This document shows positions 45,326 to 54,421 of a stretch of DNA of 64,000 bases, piece after piece (position 1 is the stretch's first letter; every line of letters starts with the position of its first letter). The position numbers and the translations under genes were made by a program. A model generated the notes under the pieces. That model was given only the letters and a program-made list of their open reading frames with translations, was not told where the DNA came from and made no database searches. Source of the stretch: Burkholderiales bacterium (GTDB lineage Bacteria > Pseudomonadota > Gammaproteobacteria > Burkholderiales > Thiobacteraceae); NCBI GenBank assembly GCA_023511995.1, contig JAIMAL010000003.1, forward strand, positions 11,491 through 75,490, written 5' to 3'.

Positions 45326-48300
45326 ATGCCCGACCCCACCTTCGTCCATCTGCGTCTGCATTCCGAATATTCCGTGGTCGATGGCATCGTGCGTGTGGAC
45401 GATGCAGTCGCCAAAGCGCGCGAAGACGGCATGCCCGCCCTGGCGCTCACCGATCTCGCGAATGTCTTCGCCCTGGTGAAGTTCTACCGCGCGGCGCGGA
45501 ATGCGGGCATCAAGCCCATCATCGGCTGCGATGTGTGGCTCACCAATGAGGCAAACCGGGACCAGCCTTTCCGTCTGCTGCTTTTGTGCCGTGACCGTGA
45601 CGGCTATCGCCGGTTGTGTGAGCTGTTGTCGCGCGCCTACCGGGAAAACCTCTACCGCGGCCGGGCGGAGTTGCGCCGGGAGTGGTTCGCCGAGGGGGCG
45701 GCCGGCCTCATCGTGCTTTCCGGCGCCCATCAGGGCGACGTGGGGCAGGCCCTGCTGCAGCAGAACTGGGAACGCGCGAGGCACCTTGCAGAAGAATGGG
45801 CGCGCTGGTTTCCCAACGCCTATTACCTGGAGCTGCAGCGGCCGGGCCTAAGCCAAGCCCAGGTCCATGTGGAACTGGCGGTGGGACTGGCACGCAGCAT
45901 GGGGCTGCCGGTCGTGGCCACCCATCCCATCCAGTTCATGAGCCGCGAGGACTTTATCGCCCACGAGGCGCGGGTGTGCATCGCCGAAGGCTATGTGCTG
46001 AATGACCCGCGGCGACCGCGTCCCTTCACCGAGGAGCAGTACTTCAAGACCCAGCAGGAGATGGCCGCCCTCTTCGCCGATTTGCCGGAGGCGCTCGCCA
46101 ACAGCGTGGAGATCGCCAAGCGCTGCAACTTCACCATCGAGCTGGGCAAACCACGACTCCCCCTTTTCCCCACTCCGCCCGGCATGAGCCTGGACGAATT
46201 CCTCGTCCAACAGGCGGAGGAAGGGCTAGAGCGGCGTCTGCAACAACTCTACCCCGATCCGGCCGCGCTGGCCGCGGCGCGGCCCCGTTACCAGGCACGC
46301 CTTAAGTTCGAGACCGCCACCATCGTGCAGATGGGTTTTTCCGGTTATTTCCTGATCGTGGCCGACTTCATCAACTGGGCGAAGAACCATGGCGTGCCGG
46401 TGGGGCCGGGGCGGGGTTCAGGCGCCGGTTCGCTGGTGGCGTTTTGTCTTGGCATCACAGATCTGGACCCCCTGCGCTACGACCTGCTTTTCGAGCGTTT
46501 CCTCAACCCGGAGCGGGTGTCCATGCCCGACTTCGACGTGGATTTCTGTCAGGACGGCCGCGACCGGGTGATCCAGTACGTGCGCCAACGCTACGGCGAG
46601 GGGAGTGTTTCGCAGATTGCCACCTTCGGCACGCTGGGTTCCAAATCGGTGATCCGCGACGTGGGCCGGGTCATGGACCTGCCCTACAACTTCTGCGATC
46701 AGCTCTCCAAGCTCATTCCGGTGGAAGGGGTGAAGCCCGTTTCCCTGGCCCGTGCCCTGGAGCTCGAGCCCCAACTGAAGGAGCGCTATGAAAACGAGGA
46801 GGAGGTGCGTGCCCTCATCGATCTGGCGCTGAAACTGGAGGAGCTCACCCGCAACGTGGGGATGCACGCGGGAGGGGTGCTCATCGCCCCCGGCCGCATC
46901 ACCGATCTGTTGCCCATCTACATCGCCGAGGGCTCCGATTCCGTGGTCAGCCAGTTCGACAAGGATGACGTGGAGGCGGTGGGGCTGGTCAAATTCGACT
47001 TCCTCGGGCTGCGCACCCTCACCATCATCGACTGGGCAGTGAAATTCGTGCGCCGCCTGGCGCTCAAGGAGGGGGATGATGGCTTCGACATCGCCCGCAT
47101 CCCCCTCGACGATGCGGCGACCTACCGCCTGCTCAAGGCCTGCAACACCACCGCCGTGTTCCAGTTGGAAAGCCGCGGCATGAAGGACCTCATCCGTCGC
47201 CTGCAGCCGGACACCTTCGAAGACATCATCGCCCTCGTCGCCCTCTACCGTCCCGGCCCGCTGCAGTCGGGCATGGTGGATGACTTCATCAACCGCAAAC
47301 ACGGCCGGGCACGGGTGGATTACATGCACCCTAAGCTGGAAGGCGTGCTGAAAGCCACCTACGGCGTAATCGTCTATCAGGAGCAGGTGATGCAGATCGC
47401 CCAGATTCTGGGCGGCTACACCCTGGGCGCGGCGGACCTGCTGCGGCGGGCCATGGGCAAGAAAAAACCGGAGGAGATGGCCAAGCACCGCAGCATCTTC
47501 GTCAAGGGCGCGGTGGAGCGGGGGGTGGACGAGAAGCTCGCCACCGAGCTTTTCAACCTCATGGAGAAGTTCGCCGAGTACGGCTTCAACAAATCCCACT
47601 CCGCCGCCTACGCGCTGGTGGCCTACCAGACCGCCTACCTCAAGGCCCACTATCCGGCAGCGTTCATGGCTGCCACCCTCACCGCCGACATGGGCGACAC
47701 CGACAAGGTCTTCCACCTCTTCGCCGACTGTGTGGAAAACGACCTCGAGGTGCTGCCGCCCGACATCAATGCCAGCGAATACGGCTTCGTGCCCCTGAAC
47801 GAGCGGCAGATCCGTTACGGCCTGGGCGCCATCAAGGGCACCGGCCAGGCGGCCATCGAGGCCATCGTTCGTGCGCGAAAGTCCGGCGGTCCCTTCACCG
47901 GCCTCTTCGATTTCTGCCGGCGGGTGGACCGGCGCCACGTCAACCGGCGCGTCATCGAGGCCCTCATCATGGCCGGCGCCTTCGACAGCGTGAACGATCA
48001 CCGCGCAAGCCTCCTGGCCTCCGTGGGCCATGCCCTGGAAGCGGCGGAGCAGGCGGCGGGCACCCAGCAGGCCAGCCTCTTCGGCGAGCCGGCGGCGGGG
48101 GGCGCGAGCGAAGAAGCCTTGGTGGAAGTGCCCCGCTGGTCGCCCCGGGAGCGGCTGCAGCAGGAAAAGAAAAGCTTGGGCTTCTATTTCAGCGGCCATC
48201 CCTTCGAAGCCTACCGCGAAGAAGTGGCGGCCTTCGTCAAGACGCGCCTTTCTGAGCTTTCACCCCAGCCGGACAAACAGCTTTTGGCGGGCATCATCCA

Positions 48301-48790
48301 TGGCATCCGCACCATGATGACGCGGCGCGGCAAAATGGCCTTCGTCACCCTCGACGATGGCGAGGCACAGGTGGAGGTGGCGGTGTACCGGGAGCTCTAC
48401 GAACGCCACCGGGATCTCCTCCGGGAGGATCACCTGCTGGTGGTGGAAGGCCGGGTGAGCCGGGACGACTATTCGGGGGGGCTGCGGGTGAGTGCGGATA
48501 GGCTCTATGGCATCGCCGAGGCGCGTACCCGCTTTGCCCGCGCCGTCCGCCTTGCCATCAACGGGCAGGCGAGCGCGGAAAAGCTGCGGGAACTGCTCGC
48601 CCCCTACCGCAGACCGCCAGCGGGGGAGGACGAGCCGGGCGGCTGCCCGGTCACCATCTGCTACCGCAACAGCGTCGGCCAGTGCACCCTCACCCTTGGC
48701 GATGCCTGGCGCGTCCAGCTCGACGACGGCCTGCTGGACGGGCTGCGTGCGTGGCTCGCCGATGACAACGTGAGTGTGCTCTACGGCTAG
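45326..48790 (+). CDS. dnaE: DNA polymerase III subunit alpha
   Basis: 1154 aa with an N-terminal PHP domain (FVHLRLHSEYS). DnaE-like throughout. Confidence 0.97.
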   Translation: MPDPTFVHLRLHSEYSVVDGIVRVDDAVAKAREDGMPALALTDLANVFALVKFYRAARNAGIKPIIGCDVWLTNEANRDQPFRLLLLCRDRDGYRRLCELLSRAYRENLYRGRAELRREWFAEGAAGLIVLSGAHQGDVGQALLQQNWERARHLAEEWARWFPNAYYLELQRPGLSQAQVHVELAVGLARSMGLPVVATHPIQFMSREDFIAHEARVCIAEGYVLNDPRRPRPFTEEQYFKTQQEMAALFADLPEALANSVEIAKRCNFTIELGKPRLPLFPTPPGMSLDEFLVQQAEEGLERRLQQLYPDPAALAAARPRYQARLKFETATIVQMGFSGYFLIVADFINWAKNHGVPVGPGRGSGAGSLVAFCLGITDLDPLRYDLLFERFLNPERVSMPDFDVDFCQDGRDRVIQYVRQRYGEGSVSQIATFGTLGSKSVIRDVGRVMDLPYNFCDQLSKLIPVEGVKPVSLARALELEPQLKERYENEEEVRALIDLALKLEELTRNVGMHAGGVLIAPGRITDLLPIYIAEGSDSVVSQFDKDDVEAVGLVKFDFLGLRTLTIIDWAVKFVRRLALKEGDDGFDIARIPLDDAATYRLLKACNTTAVFQLESRGMKDLIRRLQPDTFEDIIALVALYRPGPLQSGMVDDFINRKHGRARVDYMHPKLEGVLKATYGVIVYQEQVMQIAQILGGYTLGAADLLRRAMGKKKPEEMAKHRSIFVKGAVERGVDEKLATELFNLMEKFAEYGFNKSHSAAYALVAYQTAYLKAHYPAAFMAATLTADMGDTDKVFHLFADCVENDLEVLPPDINASEYGFVPLNERQIRYGLGAIKGTGQAAIEAIVRARKSGGPFTGLFDFCRRVDRRHVNRRVIEALIMAGAFDSVNDHRASLLASVGHALEAAEQAAGTQQASLFGEPAAGGASEEALVEVPRWSPRERLQQEKKSLGFYFSGHPFEAYREEVAAFVKTRLSELSPQPDKQLLAGIIHGIRTMMTRRGKMAFVTLDDGEAQVEVAVYRELYERHRDLLREDHLLVVEGRVSRDDYSGGLRVSADRLYGIAEARTRFARAVRLAINGQASAEKLRELLAPYRRPPAGEDEPGGCPVTICYRNSVGQCTLTLGDAWRVQLDDGLLDGLRAWLADDNVSVLYG

Positions 48791-49029
48791 ATCGCCACTC
48801 CGTCCCTCAAGCTCGGGAAAGCGCTGGTTTGTATCCCTGACCCCGCCTCCGGGGAGGCTGCGCAGCATCAATGGTTTCAGCCTTCACCTGGAGCCTTTTC
48901 CCGAGGGCGAGGGTTTCCCCCGCAAGGCCCGGTGAGAGGCTGGCCAGGCCCCCCTTGGGGGAGGGGAACCTCCCGTGCCCCGTGTCCGCTTCCCCGTCCT
49001 TACCTGGGCAGCCCCGATGCCCAAAGGGG

Positions 49030-49058
49030 TTGCACAGTGTGTCAGAATATTAGATAAT
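49030..49058 (+). promoter_or_regulatory. Near-consensus sigma70 promoter
   Basis: TTGCAC (49030-35), 17-nt spacer, GATAAT (49053-58), in an AT-rich patch of an otherwise GC-rich spacer. Confidence 0.55.
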
Positions 49059-49063
49059 GCTTA

Positions 49064-49172
49064 AACCAAATCGCCCTTGCGCTCGTTAGCGAGGGGTTTT
49101 GGCGTTGTCTCCTCCTCCATCCTCCTCCTTTGGTGGATTTGAAGCGCGGGTCTCTCCCGCGCTTTTTTTTTT
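49064..49172 (+). ncRNA. Candidate ~108-nt trans-acting sRNA with a tandem CCUCCUCC anti-SD seed
   Basis: Bounded by the promoter above and a strong intrinsic terminator. It contains no credible ORF. CCTCCTCC occurs at 49111-18 and again at 49121-28, between an imperfect 5' stem-loop and the terminator. Confidence 0.5.
49142..49172 (+). terminator. Rho-independent terminator
   Basis: AAGCGCGGG-tctct-CCCGCGCTT followed by a run of about 10 T (49163-49172). Confidence 0.85.
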
Positions 49173-49194
49173 GCCCAGGCGGCCAGCGCCAAGG

Positions 49195-49515
49195 TCACTG
49201 CCGTGGCGGGCCTTGCGCTGCCGAAGGGGGCGGGCAGTCCGCGGTGGGCAGGCGCAGGAAACCCTCGAAGTTCCCCGTGGCGGGCTCGACTTGCAGACGC
49301 TCCACCCTGGCCTGGGGCGGCCCCCGGCGCGCCCAGGCGATGAGGGCCTCCACCTGGGCCGCTTCCCCCTGCACCATGGCTTCCACGCTGCCATCGGTGC
49401 AATTGCGCACCCAGCCCCGGACGCCCAGGGCAGCCGCTTCCCTGCACATGGATTCCCGGAAAAAAACGCCCTGCACCCGGCCGAAAAGGCGAAGGCGGCG
49501 CGTGACGGTGCTCAT
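49195..49515 (-). CDS. acyP: Acylphosphatase
   Basis: 106 aa with the GRVQGVFFR signature and a short Pro/Ala-rich C-terminal extension. Confidence 0.85.
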   Translation of the reverse strand: MSTVTRRLRLFGRVQGVFFRESMCREAAALGVRGWVRNCTDGSVEAMVQGEAAQVEALIAWARRGPPQARVERLQVEPATGNFEGFLRLPTADCPPPSAAQGPPRQ

Positions 49516-49674
49516 CCACTTCCCTCACGAAAAAACATTGCCGATCAAGTGGTTATGGTGTCCGTGTGCGGTAGCTTAGGACTATTGACTAAAGCACGCG
49601 GGCGACTTCATCTTAAGGGCAAGCGCGGCGGTTGCGGCGCGCTTGTGAAAAAAACTTTTTTCAAGGAGACACAT

Positions 49675-50115
49675 ATGACGTACCTGAAACGGTTGGGTGC
49701 CTTGATCTTCGTTGCCGCCCTTCTGGGCGTGGGCGGCTGTGCCACGCAGAACAAGGCGGCGGACACCACCAAGGTGGTTTACCACATCAACGACAGCGCG
49801 GTGGCCACGGCGGCCCTGCGTAACATCAACAACCACCTCAACGCCGATCCCAAGGCCAAGATCGTGGTGGTCACCCACGGGGCGGGCATCGACTTTCTCC
49901 TCGAGGGCGCGGCCGACAAAAACGGCAACCCCTACAACATCCCCGTGGAGGAGCTGATGAGCAAGGGGGTGGACTTCCGGGTCTGCAACAACACCTTGGT
50001 GAGCCGCAAGATCGACAAGTCGAAGGTGCTGCCCGGGGCCAAGATCGTGCCCTCCGGCGTGGCCGAGGTGGGTCGTCTGCAGGCGGCCGAGGGCTATGTC
50101 TATCTGAAGCCCTGA
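49675..50115 (+). CDS. DsrE/DsrF-like family lipoprotein
   Basis: Track ORF 49099..50115 trimmed to MTYLKRLGALIFVAALLGVGGC (ATG 49675, AAGGAG RBS). Lipobox GVGGC. DsrE-like core (KVVYHIND...VVTHGAGIDF...FRVCNNT). Confidence 0.65.
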   Translation: MTYLKRLGALIFVAALLGVGGCATQNKAADTTKVVYHINDSAVATAALRNINNHLNADPKAKIVVVTHGAGIDFLLEGAADKNGNPYNIPVEELMSKGVDFRVCNNTLVSRKIDKSKVLPGAKIVPSGVAEVGRLQAAEGYVYLKP

Positions 50116-50139
50116 AAGCCCAAAGGGCTGCTTAAGGGG

Positions 50140-50178
50140 GGGGCGGAGCGGCGTTGTCGCCGGCTCCGGCCCCTTTTT
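50140..50178 (+). terminator. Rho-independent terminator after the DsrE-like gene
   Basis: About a 14-bp GC-rich stem with two single-nt bulges (50140-50153 / 50158-50173), loop ttgt, then TTTTT (50174-78). The T-run abuts the metG stop codon. Confidence 0.7.
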
Positions 50179-52271
50179 CATTTCACCCGCATGCCCGGTT
50201 GCGCCCCCTCGTCGGGACTCAGCAGATAGATGCCGGGGCCCTGGCCGGAGGCGGCCAGCACCATCCCTTCCGATACGCCGAATTTCATCTTGCGCGGCGC
50301 CAGGTTCGCCACCATGACCGTGAGCCTGCCGACAAGCCGCGCGGGGTCATAGGCGGACTTGATGCCGGCGAACACTGTGCGGGGTTTTTCCTCGCCGATG
50401 TCCAAAGTGAGCTTGAGCAGCTTGTCCGCGCCCTCCACGGCCTCGGCATGGACGATGCGGGCCACGCGCAGATCGATCCTGGCGAACTCGTCGATGGAAA
50501 TGAAAGGCGTCCCCCCTTCTTCCTTTCCCCCCTTTTCCCCGGCGGAAGGGGGGGTCGCCCCATGTTGCTGCCTTTCCCCATGGCGCACCGGCGCGTGCAC
50601 TTCCGGGGTCGGCGCTTCCAGGGTTTGCCGGTTGGCTTCCAACAGGGCATCGATCTGTTTGGAATCGATGCGGGTCATCAGATGGCGAAAAGGTTTGATT
50701 TCATGATCGGTGAGCACCCGGGCGGCATCCTGCCAGCTTAAGGGCGGGATGTTGAGGAAATCCTCCACCTCCTGCGCGAGGCGCGGCAGGACGGGTTTCA
50801 GGTAGAGGGTGAGGAGGCGGAAGAGATTGAGACTCACGGAACAGACCTCGTGCAGGCGGGTTGCCTGTCCGGGGTCGCGGGCGAGCTCCCAGGGCTTGTG
50901 TTCGTCCACGTACTGGTTGGCCACGTCCGCAAGCGCCATGATCTCGCGCACCGCCTTGGCGTATTCCCGCCCCTCATAGTGGGCGGCGAGGGTCGGGGCG
51001 GCGGCGGCGAGCTGGGCAAGCACCCCATGCCCTGCCAGGGTGGGGGCGAGGCGGCCTCCGAAGCGCTTGCTGATGAAGCCGGCGCTGCGGCTGGCGAGGT
51101 TCACGTATTTGCCCACCAGATCGCTGTTCACGCGGGCGACGAAATCCGAAAGGCTTAAGTCGATGTCCTCCATGCTGGCATTGAGCTTGGCGGCGTAGTA
51201 ATAGCGCAGCCACTCCGGGTCCAGACCCAGGCGCAGATAGCTTTCTGCGGTGATGAAGGTGCCGCGGGACTTGGACATCTTCTGCCCATCGACGGTGAGG
51301 AAGCCGTGGGCGAAGATCCGGGTCGGTGTGCGATGGCCGGAGAAATGCAACATGGCCGGCCAGAAGAGGGCATGGAAGTAGAGGATGTCCTTGCCGATGA
51401 AATGATAGAGCTCGGCCTCGGCGTCTGCCTTCCAGTAGGCATCGAAATTGAGGTTGAGGCGGTTCGCCAGATTGGCGAAGCTCGCCATGTAGCCGATGGG
51501 CGCGTCCATCCAGACGTAGAAATACTTGCCGGGCGCATCCGGAATCTCAAAGCCGAAATAAGGGGCATCGCGGGAGATGTCCCAGTCCTGCAGGCCGCTG
51601 GCGAACCATTCCCGCATTTTGTTGGCGGCCTCTTCCTGCAGGTGGCCGGCCTGGGTCCAGGATTCCAGGAACTGCCGGCAGCGCGGGTCGCTCAAGCGGA
51701 AAAAATAATGTTCCGACTGCCGGCGCACCGGCTTCGCTCCCGATACCACCGAATAGGGCTCGATAAGCTCGGTGGGGGAATAACTCGCGCCACACACTTC
51801 GCAGTTGTCGCCGTACTGGTCCTTGGCATGGCAGCGGGGACACTCCCCCTTGATGAAGCGGTCGGGGAGGAACATCTCCCGTTCCGGATCGTAGAACTGC
51901 TCGATGGTGCGCACCTCGATCAGCCCCGCCTCGTCCCGCAGCCGGCGGTAGATGGTTTGCGCAAGCTTCCGGTTCTCCTCCGAATGGGTGGTGTAGTAGT
52001 TGTCAAAGGCGATGTGAAAGCCGCTGAAATCCCGCAGATGCTCGCCGTGCATGCGGGCGATGAGGGCTTCCGGCGTGATGCCTTCCTTTTCCGCGCGCAG
52101 CATGATGGGGGTGCCGTGGGTGTCATCGGCACAGACGTAGTAGCAGGTATGGCCCTGCATCTTCTGGAAGCGCACCCAGATGTCAGTCTGGATGTATTCC
52201 ACGAGATGTCCCAGATGGATGCTGCCGTTGGCGTAGGGCAGGGCGGAAGTGACGAGGAGGGTGCGTGTCAT
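50178..52271 (-). CDS. metG: Methionine--tRNA ligase
   Basis: 697 aa with HIGH-type ([10 protein letters not shown]) and KMSKS motifs and a C-terminal tRNA-binding domain. Confidence 0.97.
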   Translation of the reverse strand: MTRTLLVTSALPYANGSIHLGHLVEYIQTDIWVRFQKMQGHTCYYVCADDTHGTPIMLRAEKEGITPEALIARMHGEHLRDFSGFHIAFDNYYTTHSEENRKLAQTIYRRLRDEAGLIEVRTIEQFYDPEREMFLPDRFIKGECPRCHAKDQYGDNCEVCGASYSPTELIEPYSVVSGAKPVRRQSEHYFFRLSDPRCRQFLESWTQAGHLQEEAANKMREWFASGLQDWDISRDAPYFGFEIPDAPGKYFYVWMDAPIGYMASFANLANRLNLNFDAYWKADAEAELYHFIGKDILYFHALFWPAMLHFSGHRTPTRIFAHGFLTVDGQKMSKSRGTFITAESYLRLGLDPEWLRYYYAAKLNASMEDIDLSLSDFVARVNSDLVGKYVNLASRSAGFISKRFGGRLAPTLAGHGVLAQLAAAAPTLAAHYEGREYAKAVREIMALADVANQYVDEHKPWELARDPGQATRLHEVCSVSLNLFRLLTLYLKPVLPRLAQEVEDFLNIPPLSWQDAARVLTDHEIKPFRHLMTRIDSKQIDALLEANRQTLEAPTPEVHAPVRHGERQQHGATPPSAGEKGGKEEGGTPFISIDEFARIDLRVARIVHAEAVEGADKLLKLTLDIGEEKPRTVFAGIKSAYDPARLVGRLTVMVANLAPRKMKFGVSEGMVLAASGQGPGIYLLSPDEGAQPGMRVK

Positions 52272-52395
52272 TGGCGTTCTTGGCGAAAAACAAACATTTT
52301 AGCGGCTCCAGGGCCGCTGGCGGTGGGCGGCTTGTGGGTCTGGCTGGATATTCCGCTCGGCGTTTGGGGTTATTCCATGATTTTTCAGGAAATTT

Positions 52396-52425
52396 TTGCC
52401 GTGGCCGGGCAAAAGGCATTAGAAT
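52396..52425 (+). promoter_or_regulatory. Candidate sigma70 promoter for apbC
   Basis: TTGCCG (52396-401), 18-nt spacer, TAGAAT (52420-25), 36 nt upstream of ATG 52462. Confidence 0.4.
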
Positions 52426-52461
52426 GGTGCCCTTTCCGGTGGTCCTGAACAGGGAGTAAGC

Positions 52462-53553
52462 ATGTCCATTACCGAGCAGCAAGTGCAGGAAGCCCTCAAG
52501 GGCGCCGTCGATCCCAACATGCAGAAGGATTTCGTCACGGCGAAGACCGTGCGCAACATCCGCATCGAAGGCAACGACGTCAGCTTCGACATCGTCCTGC
52601 CCTATCCGGCGAAAAGTGTCCTGGGCGAGATCAAGGCCCTGGCCGAGAACGCGGTGAAAGCCATTCCCGGCGTGGGCCAGGTCACCGCCCATGTCTCCTT
52701 CAAGATCATCGCCCATGCGGTGCAGCGGGGCGTCAAACCGGTGCCCGGTGTGCGCAACGTGATTGCCGTCGCCTCCGGCAAGGGGGGGGTGGGCAAATCC
52801 ACCACGGCGGTGAACCTTGCCCTGGCGCTTGCCGCGGAAGGGGCGCGGGTGGGGATTCTGGATGCCGACATCTACGGTCCTTCGCAGCCCATGATGCTGG
52901 GCATCACCGGCAAGCCGGAAGCCTCCGAGGATGGCCAGCATCTGCTGCCCATGATGGGCCACGGCCTGCAGGCCATGTCCATTGGCTTTCTCATCGACGT
53001 GGAAACCCCCATGGTCTGGCGCGGCCCCATGGTGACCCAGGCCCTGGAGCAGCTCCTCAACCAGACCAAGTGGGATGATCTGGACTACCTGGTGGTGGAC
53101 CTGCCACCGGGCACGGGGGACATCCAGCTCACCCTCGCCCAGCGGGTGCCGGTGACCGGTGCCGTGATCGTCACCACCCCCCAGGACATTGCCCTCATCG
53201 ACGCCCGCAAGGGCCTCAAGATGTTCGAGAAGGTGAACATCCCCATCCTCGGCGTGGTGGAGAACATGAGCATCCACATCTGCTCCAAGTGCGGGCATGA
53301 GGAGCGCATTTTCGGCGAAGGCGGCGGCGAGCGCATGTGCCGGGACTACAACGTGGAGTTCCTGGGCGCGCTGCCCCTGGACATCCACATCCGCGAGCAG
53401 GCCGATTCCGGCAAACCCACCGTGGTGGCCGACCCAGACAGCCGCGCCGCCCAGATTTACAAGCAGATTGCCCGCCGGGTGGCGGTGAAGATCGGCGAGC
53501 TGGCGGCGGATCACTCGGCCAAGTTCCCCACCATCGTCATCCAGAATACCTGA
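52462..53553 (+). CDS. apbC: Fe-S cluster carrier ATPase ApbC/Mrp
   Basis: 363 aa with the deviant Walker A SGKGGVGKST and a CSKCGH (CxxC) motif. Classic divergent arrangement with metG. Confidence 0.93.
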   Translation: MSITEQQVQEALKGAVDPNMQKDFVTAKTVRNIRIEGNDVSFDIVLPYPAKSVLGEIKALAENAVKAIPGVGQVTAHVSFKIIAHAVQRGVKPVPGVRNVIAVASGKGGVGKSTTAVNLALALAAEGARVGILDADIYGPSQPMMLGITGKPEASEDGQHLLPMMGHGLQAMSIGFLIDVETPMVWRGPMVTQALEQLLNQTKWDDLDYLVVDLPPGTGDIQLTLAQRVPVTGAVIVTTPQDIALIDARKGLKMFEKVNIPILGVVENMSIHICSKCGHEERIFGEGGGERMCRDYNVEFLGALPLDIHIREQADSGKPTVVADPDSRAAQIYKQIARRVAVKIGELAADHSAKFPTIVIQNT

Positions 53554-53615
53554 GGGGCCGGCAAGCCGGGCGCGGCCTCGCCGCCCTGCGCCGTTTCGGG
53601 TTAAGCTAGCGGGGA

Positions 53616-53650
53616 GGGCGGAATCCGCGGGATGAAGCCGCGGTCCGCCC
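53616..53650. repeat. 13-bp GC-rich hairpin in the apbC-dcd spacer
   Basis: GGGCGGA-at-CCGCGG-gatgaag-CCGCGG-TCCGCCC. It has no U-tract. Confidence 0.5.
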
Positions 53651-53736
53651 GGTTCCTTGCCCCTTCGCCGGCAGGGAACGGAAACCCCCCTGTTGTTTCC
53701 CGTAAACATTTTTGTTCCTCGACCTGCGGGCGCCTG

Positions 53737-54303
53737 ATGAGCATCAAATCGGACAAATGGATTCGCCGTATGGCCCTGGAGTACGGCATGATCGAGCCCT
53801 TCGAGCCCAACCAGGTGAAGGAGATCAATGGCCATCCCATCGTCTCCTACGGTACCTCGAGCTATGGCTACGATATCCGCTGCTCCAACGAATTCCGCCT
53901 GTTCACCAACATCAACACCACCATCGTCGATCCCAAGAACTTCGACCCCAATTCCTTCGTCGAGGTGACCGGGGACTATTGCATCATTCCGCCCAATTCC
54001 TTCGCCCTAGCGCGGACGGTGGAGTATTTCCGCATCCCCCGCAATGTGCTCACTATCTGCCTGGGCAAGTCCACCTATGCCCGCTGCGGCATCATCGTCA
54101 ACGTCACGCCCTTCGAGCCGGAGTGGGAGGGCTATGTGACCCTGGAGTTTTCCAACACCACGCCGCTGCCGGCCAAGATCTATGCCAACGAAGGCGTGGC
54201 GCAGGTGATCTTCTTCGAGTCCGACGAGCCGTGCGAGGTGTCCTACAAGGACCGCGGCGGCAAGTACCAGGGCCAGCGCGGCGTCACCCTGCCGCGCATC
54301 TGA
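53737..54303 (+). CDS. dcd: dCTP deaminase
   Basis: Track ORF trimmed to [13 protein letters not shown] (ATG 53737). 188 aa and Dcd-like throughout. Confidence 0.95.
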   Translation: MSIKSDKWIRRMALEYGMIEPFEPNQVKEINGHPIVSYGTSSYGYDIRCSNEFRLFTNINTTIVDPKNFDPNSFVEVTGDYCIIPPNSFALARTVEYFRIPRNVLTICLGKSTYARCGIIVNVTPFEPEWEGYVTLEFSNTTPLPAKIYANEGVAQVIFFESDEPCEVSYKDRGGKYQGQRGVTLPRI

Positions 54304-54421
54304 GCCTCCGCCGGCCCGGCCGGGCCCGGCCTGCGGCAGCGGGCCCGGCTTGTGATACATTTGGCCACGCCGGCCGCGGCCGGCAAGGCTTTTCCCCTCT
54401 TTCACCGCTAACGGGCCGACC

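Noticed and set aside
48871-49053. 60-aa ORF in the dnaE downstream spacer
   Set aside because: It has no Shine-Dalgarno and a Pro/Arg/Ser-rich composition. It also runs into the -10 of the candidate sRNA promoter.
54313-54326. Perfect 14-nt palindrome GGCCCGGCCGGGCC after dcd, considered as a terminator
   Set aside because: It has no loop and no U-tract. GC-rich palindromes like this are common in this DNA, so a terminator call is not supportable.
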